Below, piece after piece: positions 39,092-52,563 of a DNA stretch of 64,000 nucleotides (its first letter is position 1; each line of letters starts with the position of its first letter). This DNA is from Mobula hypostoma (lineage: Eukaryota). A model generated the notes under the pieces. The model was not told the origin of the DNA. It did not search any database and was given only the letters and a program-made list of their open reading frames with translations. The position numbers and the translations under genes are program-made. Location of the stretch: positions 179,244,001 to 179,308,000 of the forward strand of contig NC_086097.1 of assembly GCF_963921235.1 (NCBI RefSeq), read 5' to 3'.

Positions 39092-41012
39092 GTTTGAAGT
39101 ACATTCGAGGTAAATTTATCTTCAAAATACGGGTATGTCACCATGTACAACCCTGAGATACATTTTCTTGCAGACATATTCAATAAATCCATAATAGAAT
39201 AATCATAATAGAATCAATGAAAGACCAAACCAACTTGGGCATTCGGCCAGTGTGTAAAAGACAACAAACTGCAAATGCAAAAAGAAAGAAATAATAGTAA
39301 TAAATAAATAAGCAATAAATATTGAGAACATGAGGTAGTTTTTGAAAGTGAGTCCATAGGTAGTGGGAACACTTCAGAGATGGGCCAAGTGAAGTGATGG
39401 TTGAGGGCCAATAACTGTTCCTGATCTTGGTGATGAGGTCCTGAAGCTCCTCTACCACCTTCCCAGTGGCAGCAGCGAGAAGCGATCATGTCCTGGGTGG
39501 TGGGGTCCCTGTTGATGGATGTTGCTTTCCTGAGACTGCTTTGTGCAGATGTGCTCAGTGGTGGAGAGGGTGTTAACTGCCATGGACTGGGCCATATCCA
39601 CTACTTTTTGTTGGATTTTCTGTTCAAGGACATTGGAGATTCCAGACAAGGCTGCAATGTAGTCGGTCAATATACTCTCCACGGCACATCCATCAAAATT
39701 TGTCAAAGTTTTAGATGTCATGCTGAGTATTTGCAAACTCCTAAGGGAGTAGAGGTGCTGCCTTGCTTCCTTTGACAGCTCCTCTGAAATAATAACGCCT
39801 AGGAATTTAAAGTTACTGACCTTTCCACCTCTGATCCTCCAGTGGGGACTGGCTCATTGACCTCTGGTTCCTCCTCCTGAAGTCAATAATCATCTCCTTG
39901 GCCTTGCTGACATTGAGTAAGAGGTCATTGTTATGGCCAGATTTTCCATCTCACTAAAATATGCTGATTCGTCACCACCTTTGATTCAGCCTTCAACAGT
40001 GGTGTCATCAGCAAACTTGTATATGGTATTGGAGCTTTGCTTAGCCACACAGTCATAAGTGTAAACGGAGTAGAACGGGGGCTTGGCACACAGCCTTTAG
40101 TGCACCTGTGCTGATTGAGATCATGGAGGAGGTGTTTTTGCCAAACTGAACTGTCTGGGATCTGCAAGTGAGGAAATCGAGGATTCAATTGCACAAGGAG
40201 GTTTTGAGGCCAAGATCTTGAAGCATATTGATTAGTTTTGAGGGGATGATGGTATTGATTGCTGAGCTATAGTCGATAAAGAGCATCCTGATGTATGCAT
40301 CTTTGCTGTCCAGATGTCCCAGAGTTGAGTGAAGAGCAAATGAGATGACATCTGCTGTGGACTCGTTGCTCATGTAGGCAAATTGGAGTGGACCCAAGTT
40401 GCTTCTCAGGCAGGAGTTGATATGTTTCATTACTAACCTCTCCGAACACTTCATCATTGTGGTTGTAAGTGTGACTGGACAGTAGTCAATGAGGCAGGAT
40501 GCCCCATTCTGGTATAATTGAGGCCAGCTTGAAGCGAAAGGTTAAAGATCCCAGTGAACACTCCAGCCAGTTGATTAGCACAGGTCTTTAGTACTTGGCC
40601 AGGTACCCTGTCCGGGTGGCATGTTTCTCGTGGGTTCACCCTCCTGAAGGCTGCTCACACATCGGCTAAATTGACTGACATCACAGGATCATTGTGGGGC
40701 TGTGGCAGTTCTCGATGGTTCCTCCTTGTTTTGATGGTCCAAGTAAGCATAGAAGTGATTGAGCTCATCTGGAAGCAGAGTTATGATGTCGCTTATGTCA
40801 CTCGATTTAACTTTATAAATAAAGTTAGGTGATAGTATTCAACCCTGCAACAGCTGTCAAGCATCCTTGGTTGATTCATGTTTAGTCTGGAATTGGCACT
40901 TCACCAGTGAGTTGGCTCTCCGGTGATTTACCTGCACAACTTGTAACTTTTTTTGGTTATCAAACTTTGAATGCTTCTGATGTGGCCCTCAGCAGATTGC
41001 AGATCTCATGGT
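39092..41012 (-). mobile_element. Rex1/Babar-type LINE, decayed
   Basis: [34 protein letters not shown] and [21 protein letters not shown]. Confidence 0.9.
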
Positions 41013-41211
41013 TGGCACAGCCTTTATGGGGGAAGGGGAAAGGGCCTGTTGCTGTGTTGCACTGTTCTGTGTTTTAACATCTGATCATTAAAGCTGTGAA
41101 TTACCAACACTGTTTCCAAATGGGTACAAATTCTGGGACTTACTCGTTTAAATAGTTATGACGTGCGCAGGGCAAATGTTGCAACTAATAGCAACTGTTT
41201 CTCCTCTTTAG

Positions 41212-41256
41212 GGAATGCATAAAATGGTGCAGAGATTTGAAGGACCACTTTTTAAG
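41212..41256 (+). CDS. OSBPL1A: ORP1L-like coding exon 8 (PH domain start)
   Basis: ctcctctttag|GGA...AAG|gtaatt; GMHKMVQRFEGPLFK; 45 nt. Confidence 0.92.
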
Positions 41257-41349
41257 GTAATTCTCTTCATGTACATGTGTGAGAGCCAATTAATGTGACA
41301 TACGCATACAGAGAATCCAAGCGTAGAAAGAAACCATTCAGTCATTGAG

Positions 41350-44300
41350 TTGTTGAGAAGTACAGCGCAGAAATAGCCCATCTAGTCCATGATAAAAAAC
41401 TATTTAACCTGCCTACTCCCAATGACCTGCATGGGGATCATAACCCTCCTTTATCCATGTACCTATTCAAACTTCTCTTAAATGTTGAAATTCTATAGAC
41501 TCAGTATTCATCTCCTGAGTAAATACAGTTGCAAAGAATGCAGTTAAGATCTCCCCCATCTGTTCTGACTCCACACATGGAGTGCCATTCTGATCTTCCA
41601 GAGAACCTATTTTATCCCTGGCAATCCTCTTGCTCTTTACATGTCTGTTGAATCCATTAGGATTCTCCTTCACCATGTCTGCTAGAGCAACTTCATGCCT
41701 TCTTTTATCCTCCAGATTTCTTTCTTAAGTGTCCTGTTGCATTTCTTACACTCTGTAAGCACCTCATTTGTTCCTACTTGTCTGTACTACTATGCACCTC
41801 CTTTTTTCTCTTAACCGGGGCCTCAATATCTCGTGAAAACTGAAGTTCCTTACACTTGTTATCTTTACCTTTTATTCTGACAGGCACATACAAACTCTGT
41901 ACTCTCAAAATTTCATTTTTGAAGGACTGCTACTTTCCAAGTACACCTTTGCCAGAAAACAGCCTGTCCCAATCCACACTTGCCAGATCATTTCTGATAC
42001 CATCAAAATTGGCCTTTCTCCAATTTAAAATCTCAACCTGCAGACCAGACCTATCTCTTTGCATATTTACTTTGAAACTAATGGCATTGTGGTCACTGGA
42101 TGCAAAGTATACCCCTACACAAACTTCAGTCTGGTGTCCTGACTCATTCCCTAATAGCAGATCCAGTATTGCACGCTCTCTCATTGGGACTTCTGTATAC
42201 TTTCCTGAGCATATTTGACAAACTCTATCCCATCTAATCCTTTTACAGTATGGGAGTCCCAGTCAATATGTGAAAAGTTAAAATCACCTACTGTTACAAC
42301 GTTATGTTTCTTGCAACAGTCTGTGATCTCTTTACAAATTTGTACTTCTGTACCCCAAGGATTGTTGTGTGGTCTGCAATATAGCCTCATTAATGTGGTC
42401 AAACCTTTATTTCTCAGTTTCATCCATAACACCTCACCAGTCACAGACGGAACACTGCCATGACATTTTCCTTGACTGGTGATGTCAGCACTCTTCCTTT
42501 AATCCCTCCCACTCTGTCACAATAAAACAACAGAACCCTGGAATATTGAGCTGCCTGCCCACCCTGCCCCTCCTGCAACCAAATCTCACTTATGGCTCCA
42601 AAGTCATAATTTCAGGTGTTGATCCATGCCCTGAGCTCATCCACCTTTCCTACGATACTTCTTGCACTGACACATATGCAGCTCAGGTCTCGAGTCGTGC
42701 TGTGCTCAACCTTTTGATTCCTGACTTTGGGGTCTTACCAACATCTGTCTCCCCAACCACTCCACTATCTGTTCTGACACTCTGGTTCCCATCTCCCTAC
42801 AACTCTAGTTTAAACCCCAGCATGCAGCATTAACAATCCTTCCCACTAGAAATTTAATCCTCATCAATTTCAGGAGCAAACCATCCCTTCTGTACAGGTC
42901 CCGCTTTCCATAAGACAATAAGACAGGAGTAGGGTTAGGCCATTTGGCCCATCGGTTTGCTCTGCCATTCAATCATGGCTGATCCTTTTCTTCCCCCTCC
43001 TCAACCCCACTCCCTAGCCTTCTCCCAGTAACCTTTCATGTCATGTCCAATCAAGAACTATCAAGCTCTGCCTTAAATACACCCAATGACCTGGCCTACC
43101 ACTACTGCCTGTGGTTTATAAATTCCACAAATTCACAATCCTCTGGCTAAAGAAATTTCTCCTCATCTCTGTTTTAAATGGACATCCCTGTGTCTTGAGG
43201 CTATGTCCTCTTGTCCTAGACCCACCCACCATGGGAAACATCCTTTCCACATCTACTCTGTCTAGGCCTTTCAACATTGGAAAGGTTTCAATGAGAACCC
43301 CCCCCCCCGCCCCCCCATCCTTTTAAATTCCAGCGAGTACAAACCCAGAACCATCAAACGTTCCTTGTATGATAACCCTTTCATTCCAGGAATCATCCTT
43401 GTGAACCTCCTCTGAACCCTCTCCAGTGCCAACACATCTTTTCTTAGATGAGGAGCCCAAAACTGTTCACAATACTCAAGGTGAGGCCTCACCAGTGCCT
43501 TATAAAGCCTCAGCAGCACATCCCTGCTCTTGTATTCTAGACCTCTTGAAATGAATGCTCACCACTGATTCAACCTGCAAGTTAACCTTTTGGGTGTTCT
43601 GCACAAAGACTCCCAAGTCCCTTTGCATCTCAGAGTTTTGGATTTTCTCCCCATTTAGAAAATAATCTGCACATTCATTTCTACTACGAAAGTGCATGAC
43701 CATGCATTTTCCAACGTTGTATTTCATTTGCCACTTCCTTGTCTATTCTCCTAATCTGTCTAAATTCTTCTGCAGCCTACCTGTTTTCACAACACTACCT
43801 GCCCCTCCACCAATCTTCGTATCATCTGCAAACTTGGCAACAAAACTACCTATTCCATCATCTAAACCATTGATATACAGCATAAAAAGAAGTGGTTCCA
43901 ACACAGATTCTTGCAGAACACCACTCGTCACTGGCAGCCAACCAGAAGAATACCCTTTTATTCCTGCTTACTGCCTCCTGCCAATCAGCCAATGCTCTAA
44001 CCATGCCAGTAACTTTCCTGTAATACCATGGACTCTTAAGTTGGTAAGCAGCCTCCTGTGTGGCACCTTGTCAAAGTCTTTCTGAAAGTCCAAATATACA
44101 ACATCCACTGCATCCCATTTATCTATCCTACTTTCAATCTCCTCAAAGAATTCCAACAGGTTCGTTAGACAACATTTTCCCGTAAGGAAACCATGCTGAC
44201 TTTGTCTTTTCTTGTCCGGTGTCACCGAATACTCCGTAACCTCATCCTTAACAATTGACTCCAACATCTTCCCAACTATTGACTTCAGGCTAACTGGTCT

Positions 44301-46170
44301 ATAAATTCCTTCCTGCTGCCTTCCTCCTTTCTTAAAGAGTGAAGTGATATTTGCAATTTTCCAGTCCTCTGGCACCATGCCAGAGTCTAATGATTTTTGA
44401 AAGATCATTATTAATGCCTCCACAATCTCCAGCACTACCTCTTTCAGAACCCTAGGGTGCAGTTCATCTAGTCCTGGTGACTGATGCACACTCGGGTCTT
44501 TCATCTTTTTGAGCACCTTCTCCCTTGTAATAGTAACTACACTCACCTAACTTCCCTCACACACCTTTCAACATCTGGCACATTGCTAGAGTCTTCCACA
44601 GGGAAGATTGATGCAAAATATACATTTAGTTCATCTGCCATCTCCTTACCTCTCATTATTTCTCCTCCAGCATCATTTTCTAGTGGCCCTATGTCCATTC
44701 TCATCTCTCTTATTTTTTACGTACCTGAAAAAGCTTTTACTATCCACTTTGATATTGTTTGCCAGCTTGCTTTCATATTTAATCTTTTCCCTCCTAATGA
44801 TTCTTTTTGTTGCTGTCTGTTGGTTTATGAAAGCTTCCCACTCCTCTGTCTTCCCACTAATTTTTGCTTCGTTGTGTGCTGTCTCCTTTGCTTTGATATT
44901 AGCTTTGACTTCCCTTGTCAGCCATGGTTGTACTATTTTGCCATTTGAGTATTTCTTTGTTTTTGGAGTACATCTGTCCTGCACCTTCCTCATTTTTACC
45001 AGAAACTCACGCCATTGCTGCTCTGCTGTCATCTCTGCCAGCAACTCCTTCCAATTTACTTTGGCCAGCTCCTCTGTCATACTACTGTAATTTCCTTTAC
45101 TCCGTTGAGGTAATGCTACGTTAAACTTTACTTTCTCTCTATCAGATTTCAAGTTGAATTCAATCATATTGTGATCACCACCTCCTAAGGGTTCTTTTAC
45201 CTTAAGCTCCCTAATCACCTCTGGTTCATTACATAACACCCAATCCAGTACAGCTGATCCTCTGGTAGACTCGACGACAAACTGCTCTAAGAAGCCATCT
45301 TGTAGGCATTCAACAAACTCAATTCCCTGGCAGAGAGACCAATGATCCAAAAATCTTATGCCCTCCCTCCTACACCAACTCCTTAGCCATGTATTAAACT
45401 GGCCTCACTAGCATGTGGCGCAGGTAACAATCCTGAGATCACAACCCTGGAGGTCCTGCCATTTAACTTAGCATGTAACTCTCTGAACACCCTCTGCAGA
45501 ACTTCATCACTCATCGTACCCATGTCATAGGTCACCTACCTGGACCATGACCTCTGGCTGTTCACCCTCCCAGTTAAGAATGTTGAGGGCTCCATCCAGC
45601 ATGTCCCAGGCCCTGGCATCCAGGAGGCAGAATACTATCCGGGAATCTCATTCTTGCCCACAAAACCTCCTGTCTGTTCCCCTAACTAATGAATCCCCTA
45701 TCACCACAAAGTACCTCTTCCCTCCCCTTTCCCTTTTGGGTCCCAGAGCCAGACTGAGCGTCAGAGACCTGACTGCAATGACTTTCCTCTGTTAGGGCTT
45801 CCCCCCCGCAACAGTATCCAAAGTGATATACCTGTTGTTCAGAGGAATGGCCACAGGGGTACTCTGTACTGGCTGTTTAACCCCTTTACCCTTCTTGACT
45901 GTCACCCAGTTTCCTGTGTCCTGAACCTTGGGTGTAACTACCTCTCTATATGTCCTATCTGTCACACCGTCAGCCTCTCGAATGATCAGGAGTTCATCCA
46001 GTTCCAGTTCCAGCTCCAACCCCTTAACTCAGACTGATAGAAGCTGCAACTATATTTACTTCTCGCAGTTTAGTCATCAGGGCCACGGGAGGTCTCCCTG
46101 CCTTCCCAAGTCTTGCAAGAGGAGCATACCACTATCCTGCTTGGCATCTCTACGGCCCAGTTAAACAGGT
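41350..46170 (-). mobile_element. CR1 LINE with ORF1, internally deleted and interrupted by a second CR1
   Basis: ORF1 leucine-zipper region ELELELDELLIIREA (45792-46019); APE VGDFNFSHIDW. The outer element is contiguous across 42910/45325. Confidence 0.85.
42911..45325 (-). mobile_element. CR1 LINE ORF2 (5'-truncated) nested in another CR1
   Basis: ORFs 44673-45350, 43968-44546 (YLDFQKDFDKVPH), 43743-43931 (KFADDTK) and 43271-43519; 3' tail ending in (TCTTA)-type repeats. Confidence 0.93.
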
Positions 46171-46967
46171 TATAAAGAAGGGAAGGAAAAATAAAGCAAC
46201 ACACACAAAATGCCAGAGCAACTCAGCAGGTCAGACAGCATCTGTGGAAAAGAGTGAACAGTCAGTTTCAGGCTGAGAACCTTCATCAAGACTGGAGAAA
46301 AAAGATGAGATCTTAACCTGGAGCTTTTCTTTCCTTTGCTTTTTTTGACTGAAACCTGTCTTCGCTGAAACCCCTAAGAACTAAAGCCTCAAGATCACCT
46401 CTGTGACCCTGTCCACTCAGACGATGACTGCTGTGGGGCTGTCACTGCACTTGCCCCAGCTTCTTTTAACTTGCTCTTGCTCATCAGTCCCAAACACGGA
46501 CTGGTCACTGGTCAAAGCCCTATTACACCGTGTGGATGCCAACTGATGTACTCACCTATATCAATCCTATTCTCAAAGTCAAGTTGCATAAGTGCAATTA
46601 CATGTGTACATAGGTGCAATCAGAAACTTACTTGCAACAGTATCACAGGTAGGCAGCATCAGATAAGCAGTATTCACAAGATTAATATAAATTAAACATT
46701 GTTTATGTAATGTTTACAAAAAACAGTTATAAAAGGTGGTCTTGGTGTTGCAAACTGAAGTGATTAGGGTTGTAGTGTTTATTTCAAGAACTGAATGTTT
46801 GAAAGGAAGTAGTTGTTCTTGAACCTGATGATGTGGGGCTTCTGTAGCTCATGCCTGATAGCAGTTGTCTGAAGATGACATGGCCTGGGTGGTGGGGATC
46901 TTTGGATGTACTAATGTGATAGAGTGACCTATATGAATGGCATGCAAGGCAATTTTTTTCACTGTAC

Positions 46968-48111
46968 TGTAACGTCGTGGTTAACATTTCTACTGTATTG
47001 GTGCGTAGCCAAGTGGTTAAGGCGTTCGTCTAGTGATCTGGAGGTCATTAGTTCGAGCCTTGGCTGAGGCAGCGTGTTGTGTCCTTGAGCAAGGCACTTA
47101 ACCACACATTGCTCTGCGAAAACACCGGTGCCAAGCTGTAGGGGTCCTAATGACCTTCCCTTGGACAACATCGGTGGTGTGGAGAGGGGAGACTTGCAGC
47201 ATGGGCAACTGCTGGTCTTCCATACAACCTTGCCCAGGCCTGCATCCTGGAAACCTTCCAAATCCATGGAATAAATCCATGGTCTCACGAGACTAATGGA
47301 CGCCTATAAAAACATTTCTGCTGCTGTGCTGTAGGTCTTTCATTTTAGCAGTTCTGCAACAACAGTGTGGCCTGCAGGTAGAATGCTTTGGTTTCGGCTA
47401 GAGATAAGAAGCCCTGCTGAACAACTTGTGTCAGCCAAACAGGATGGTGGAATCAGGAGAAAGTTCTGGAGAGAGTGTTTGGTGATGGACAGTGTGGTTC
47501 GTGGGTTTTCTTTTGGCGGAAGCTGCGGAGGGGAGGGGGGAAAATGCCTGAGAATGCCATGGGAAGCCGTGCCCCTGCTGCATGGAGAGCTTTGTGCAGA
47601 TGAACTGCTCCGAGGAGGAAGGGCCAATACTCCCGAGAGAGAGAGAACCCATTTGTTTGAGATGGATTTCGAGTGAAGTTCAGAATGTGGTGTGTGCTCT
47701 CACTCAGACCGAGGGTCCAGCACCTGAGTAAAGACAACTCCAGGATGAGCTCCAACTTTATGCACACATTAGACTGGTTTAACTTAATGGGCCCTTTTAT
47801 TATTTTTCTTTTCTCTTTCCTAATAACTGTTTGATAAAGCTGATACTTTGTAATTTTATGTGGTGTACGATCTGTTATTTCTTGTCGACTGATAATTGTG
47901 TATGGGCAGTAGTTACACAGCATTCACTCAAATCGAGGTTCATTTAATTGGAACATCACAATGTTCCTGTTTGGTTCAACCCCAAATCATACTGACCCTA
48001 AACATATATTGTTTGTGAAAGGTGGCCGTACCTCTGAGTTACGTAGCTGTTCGCAGAGTTGGATAACAAGTCGAGTTTGCATTTGAGCCCAGTCGGGGGC
48101 AGGGGGCTACA
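46968..48111. mobile_element. Solo LTR with a nested SINE
   Basis: TGTAAC...GCTACA termini; 4-bp flanks GTAC / GCAC. It splits a LINE tail (TTTTCACTGTAC|TTTGGTACATGTGACAAT) whose uninterrupted homologue occurs elsewhere in the window. Confidence 0.7.
46996..47310 (+). mobile_element. tRNA-derived SINE with CORE-like domain
   Basis: A box TAGCCAAGTGG (47006-16); B box GTTCGAGCC (47051-59); GTGTCCTTGAGCAAGGCACTTAACC; flanking AACATTTCT(A/G)CTG duplication at 46983-95 and 47311-23. Confidence 0.85.
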
Positions 48112-49304
48112 GCACTTTGGTACATGTGACAATGATGAGCCAGTTTACCAATTTTATTTAACAACCAATATACAGCAAGAGTCCCAGCACCAATCCCCAA
48201 TCCCCGCGATACACAGCTGGTCATGATTGGCTCCCTATCACAAAGATAACTCTCCATCATCACCCGCTATGTTATTACCAAGGAAATCTTGGATACAATT
48301 TACCAACTTGCACTTGATCCCATGGGTCCAACTATTTGGCCCAGCAGGACAGCAAAGGATGTGTTAAACTCAAAGAAACATCAGCCTGATCTCCAGATTT
48401 AAGATGTGATGAGCTTTAAAAGGGGTCTGAGGGACTGACGTTTTCACACAGTGGGTGGTCCATGTATGGAATGAGCTGCCAGGGAAAGTGATGGAGTCAT
48501 GAACATTAACAAAATTTAAAATATATTTGAATAACAATGTGGATAGGAAGGGTTTAGAGGGGTATGATCCAAGTGTAGTCAAATGGTTATGAAATAGGAC
48601 TCGCTTAGGTGGGCACTCTGGTTGGCATGGATGAGTTGGGCTGAAAGGCTGTTTCTGTGCTGTATGTTGCTAAATGCACTTGGTATTAAAAGAAAAATCA
48701 CCATAACCTCATCTTAATGACAATAACCACAAAAACTACTGGAATGTTGTATGATTATTAATGTCCTTCAGGGGAAGAAATCTCTTCTTATCCCGCCTGG
48801 TGACTACTAACTCACCAAGGTCTTTGATTCTCAACTGCTTCCTCATTATGGGGGAAATTGAGGAGAAACAAAAACTGCTGGTACTGTCAGTAGCCTTCAC
48901 ATCCTGTGATTGTCTCAGCAAGATAATTACAGTAGGAGATCCAACGTGGACGGTGGTGAAGAATCGAGCAGTCTGATGGGTCGGGAGTTGTGTATTAACC
49001 AGACTGGGTGAGAGAGGCAGACTTCCTTTCCTGATAAAGGTTTGGGATCCGGATGGGGTTATGGATGCAATACAAACATTTCACAATATCTGTCACTGGG
49101 ACAGCTGTCTTATTGGAGACGTGTGTAATATCCTGAATTTACATAGCTGTGGTGGGACTCGGACTTGTCCATCTGGATGATGAGGCAATGCTCCTGGATG
49201 ATGGTCCATTAATGTCCCACAGCTTTTGCGAATGGTGTTGATGCCTGGCTTTGACTGATCTGGTAAATCTGTGTATATTGATCTGATGCTCCTGAATTTT
49301 CCAG

Positions 49305-49378
49305 CGTTCCAGGTTCTTCGGATGGAACTTGTTCTGGGTTGTCTTGGAACATGGAGTGTTGAGCTGGTTTCACAGCCA
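49305..49378 (+). CDS. OSBPL1A: ORP1L-like coding exon 9 (PH domain)
   Basis: ttttccag|CGT...CA|gtaagt; RSRFFGWNLFWVVLEHGVLSWFHS(Q); 74 nt. Confidence 0.95.
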
Positions 49379-49473
49379 GTAAGTGTGAGCAGAATATTTT
49401 GGTGTGGTCTGTTAATTATGTTGTCTTGTCAATGGATCAGAATCTTTAACTGTGTTCTTCCTGTGTATTTAAG

Positions 49474-49537
49474 GTCAGAAGCAAAGACTGACTTGTACCG
49501 GCTTGGCTGCAAGAACCTGACACAGGCTGTTTGTATG
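49474..49537 (+). CDS. OSBPL1A: ORP1L-like coding exon 10 (PH domain)
   Basis: tttaag|G TCA...ATG|gtaagg; (Q)SEAKTDLYRLGCKNLTQAVCM; 64 nt; preceded by a 95-bp intron. Confidence 0.94.
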
Positions 49538-50049
49538 GTAAGGCTCATTATTTCAGTAGAGACGGAGAGGGAGGATTTCTCATAGAAGTCAAACGTATGA
49601 GTAAAATCACAACAGGCTGCAGGGAAAATAGAGGAGACAGTAAAGGGATGTTCTGTGATAGGGCAGAGGGCAGGAGAGTGGAGTGATGGGGTAATGGTGG
49701 AGGGTGAGAGAGGCTGATGAACAGAAAGATAAAATGTTAGTCTAGTGGAGAGGTGAATTGAAGATCAAACTTGGTTTACCATCCAACCAATGCAAAACCA
49801 TCTGACATCAGGAGAAGAGACCTGATGTGTTGCACGAACATCATAGTCAGTCAGGAGCACACGTGCAGTAAAACCAATCATTGTCATCCTGACCCAGATA
49901 AGGTGGGGAAGAGTACCAGTGGAGCCTAGTTTTGGTGGGGGGAGGGGGTGAAGGTTGTAGATTTTAAAGGTGATGAGGTCAGATGTGGTGGGGCAGATGG
50001 TGATGTCCTAGCGATGGGGCATATGGTGAGGAGTTTGTGGAAGAGGGTT

Positions 50050-50785
50050 GCTTTAGGTGAGGCAGTCAACAAAAGGTTATTAAAAGTAACGGGTGATCTT
50101 GATCAACTGAGTAAGTGGGTCAAGGAATGACAAATGGAGTTTAGTTCAGATAAGTACGGGGTGTTCCATTTTAGAAAGTCAAATCAGGGTAGGACATCCA
50201 CAGTGAATAGCAGGGCCTGTAATGCATTACACAACAGATGGTCCTCTGAAAGGGGAGTTACAGATTGACAGGGTGATGGCAAAGGCGTTTGGCACAATGG
50301 CCTCAAACGGTCAAGGCAATGAGTACGAAATTTGGAATGTTAGGTTACAGATGTGCAAGATGTTGGTGAGGCCGCACTTGAGAGTATTCAGTTTCAGTCA
50401 CCCTACTACGGGAAAGATGTTATTAAACTGGAAAAAGTGCAGAAAATATTTACATGGATGTCACCAGGTCTTGAACTGAAAGTAATGATAGGGAAAGCTT
50501 GGACAGGCCTGAGACTATATCCTTGGAACAGAAGATTGAGAAAATGATCTTGTATAAAATCACTAATAGGAACTTGAGTGGCAATTTGTAACGGTGAGGG
50601 CGTTGTGTTTTTTGAATGAGCTGCCAGGGATAGTGGTTGAGGCAAAGATAGCTTGACAGGTACGAGGATGGGAAAGGTTCAGAGGTCATGAGCCAGACAT
50701 TGGCAAATGGGATTATCTGGATACTGCATCTTAGTTGGCATGGTCCATCTGGGCCAAAGTACTTGTTTCTGTGCTGTATGACTAT
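50050..50785 (+). mobile_element. CR1 LINE 3' fragment
   Basis: DLDQLSKWVKE, KMLVRPHL, KDVIKLEKVQK and 3' UTR. Confidence 0.8.
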
Positions 50786-50948
50786 GTTGGCGGAGAGGGA
50801 TTGTTGGTCCGATGAACAGCATAGTGGGGAATCTTCTGTCTGACACAGTTTCTCTTCTGACTTGTACTTGAGTCAACTGGACAGGGAAATTAATGTTGAT
50901 TTCATATGCTACTGCGTTTCTCATTCCCAATGTATTTTGACCCCAAAG

Positions 50949-51050
50949 GTTAAAGGGACAGAGCAGAGGGTCTTTTCAGTCAAGTTCTTTGATGACAGCG
51001 TTCACATCTTCAAAACAAATCTGAAGAGCTCACCATCTCTTACAAGCCAA
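50949..51050 (+). CDS. OSBPL1A: ORP1L-like coding exon 11 (PH domain)
   Basis: ccccaaag|GTT...CAA|gtgagt; VKGTEQRVFSVKFFDDSVHIFKTNLKSSPSLTSQ; 102 nt. Confidence 0.9.
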
Positions 51051-52563
51051 GTGAGTAACGTTCGTACCACAGGGTTCTGGCTTGCTTACTGCATAGAACG
51101 CATGCAGCCATTGAAGTAACTTGAAGTTCTGGGACACCTGTTATCATATTAATGTGTTGGGAACAGGGAACACCGTGCTATCAGAGGACCCCTGTCAAAG
51201 ACAAAGTCAAGTTGTTGCTGCATGCACAAGTACACAGGTGCAGTGAAGAACTTGAGTACAGCAGCATCACAAGCCCGTGGCATCGTATAAGTAGCATTCA
51301 CAAGAGAAGTGTGAATTAAACATACACAAAATGTTTGAAAGAAAAAAAGCTAATTAAAACAAAAACACCCATTTTAGTGCAAAGTGTTGCTAAACTTTAG
51401 TGTTAGGGCTTACTAATTGGATGTGGAAACCCCTTTTACTGGGCGTCTCTGGAAATGTGGCTTGCTAGACCCTCACTAACAGCCACTGCACTCCACGGCG
51501 AGAAACCCCAATTTCTCAGGCTTCATATGTGTAGGGCGAGTACGACTTTGATCTTGCCAAATCTGTGAGGTTGGGATGGCTGGTCCACCCAAACCCTGGT
51601 TTGTGTGAATATTGTGTGGTTGACGAGCTGTTTAATCCTGGAATCATTTTTGTGAATCTCCTTTGAACCCTCTCCAATTTCAGTACATCCCTTCTAAGAT
51701 AGGGGGCCCAAAACTGCTCACAATACTCCAAGTGAGGCCTCACCAGTGCTTTACAAATTTCAATATTGCATCCTTGCTTTTATTTTCTAGTCTTCTTGAA
51801 AGGAATGGTAACATTGCATTTGCCTTGCTCACCACAGACTCAACCAGCAAATTAACCTTCAGGGAATCCTGCTCAAGGATTCCAAATCCCTTTGCACCTC
51901 AGTTTTTTGTATTTTTTCTCCATTTAGAAAATAGTCAACCCTTTCATTTCTTCTACTAAAGTACATGACCATACGCTTCCCCACACTATTCTACCTGCCA
52001 CTTCTTTGCCCATTCTCCTAATCCGTCTGTCCTTCTGTAGCTTCTCTATATCCTAAAACTATCTGCCGCTCTACCCACCTTCATATTGTCTGCAATCTTT
52101 GCAACAAAACCATCAATTCCATCATCAAATTATTGACATATAATGTAAAAAGAATTGGTCCCAACACCACTAGTCACCGGCAGCCAACCTGAAAAGGCTC
52201 CCTTTATTCCCACTCTCTGCCTCCTGCAATCGGTCACTGCTTTATCCATGCTAGAATCTTTCCTGTAATACCATGGGTTGTAGCTTAAGCAGCCTCCAGT
52301 GTGACACCTTGTCAACAGCCTTTTGAAAATCCAAGTACACAAAATCAATCAAATCTTTGTCTATCACCTGAGCCTGGAATTTCCACCATACTGCAAGTGT
52401 CTTCCACAGTGAAGACTGATGTCAAATCCACTCTCGCCTCAATTTTACACTTCACACATCTGAAGAAAATTTTGATATCCTCTTTAATATTATTAGCTAG
52501 CTTACTTTCATATTTTGTCTTTACCTTCATAATGACTTTTTAGTTGTCTTCTGTTGGCATTTA

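Noticed and set aside
47000..47072. Functional tRNA-Thr gene
   Set aside because: The anticodon and acceptor stems do not pair properly, and the sequence continues into a SINE body with a flanking duplication.
47330..48111. Alternative LTR start at TGTAGG with a decayed GCGC TSD
   Set aside because: The start at 46968 better restores the interrupted LINE tail and places the SINE duplication inside the LTR.
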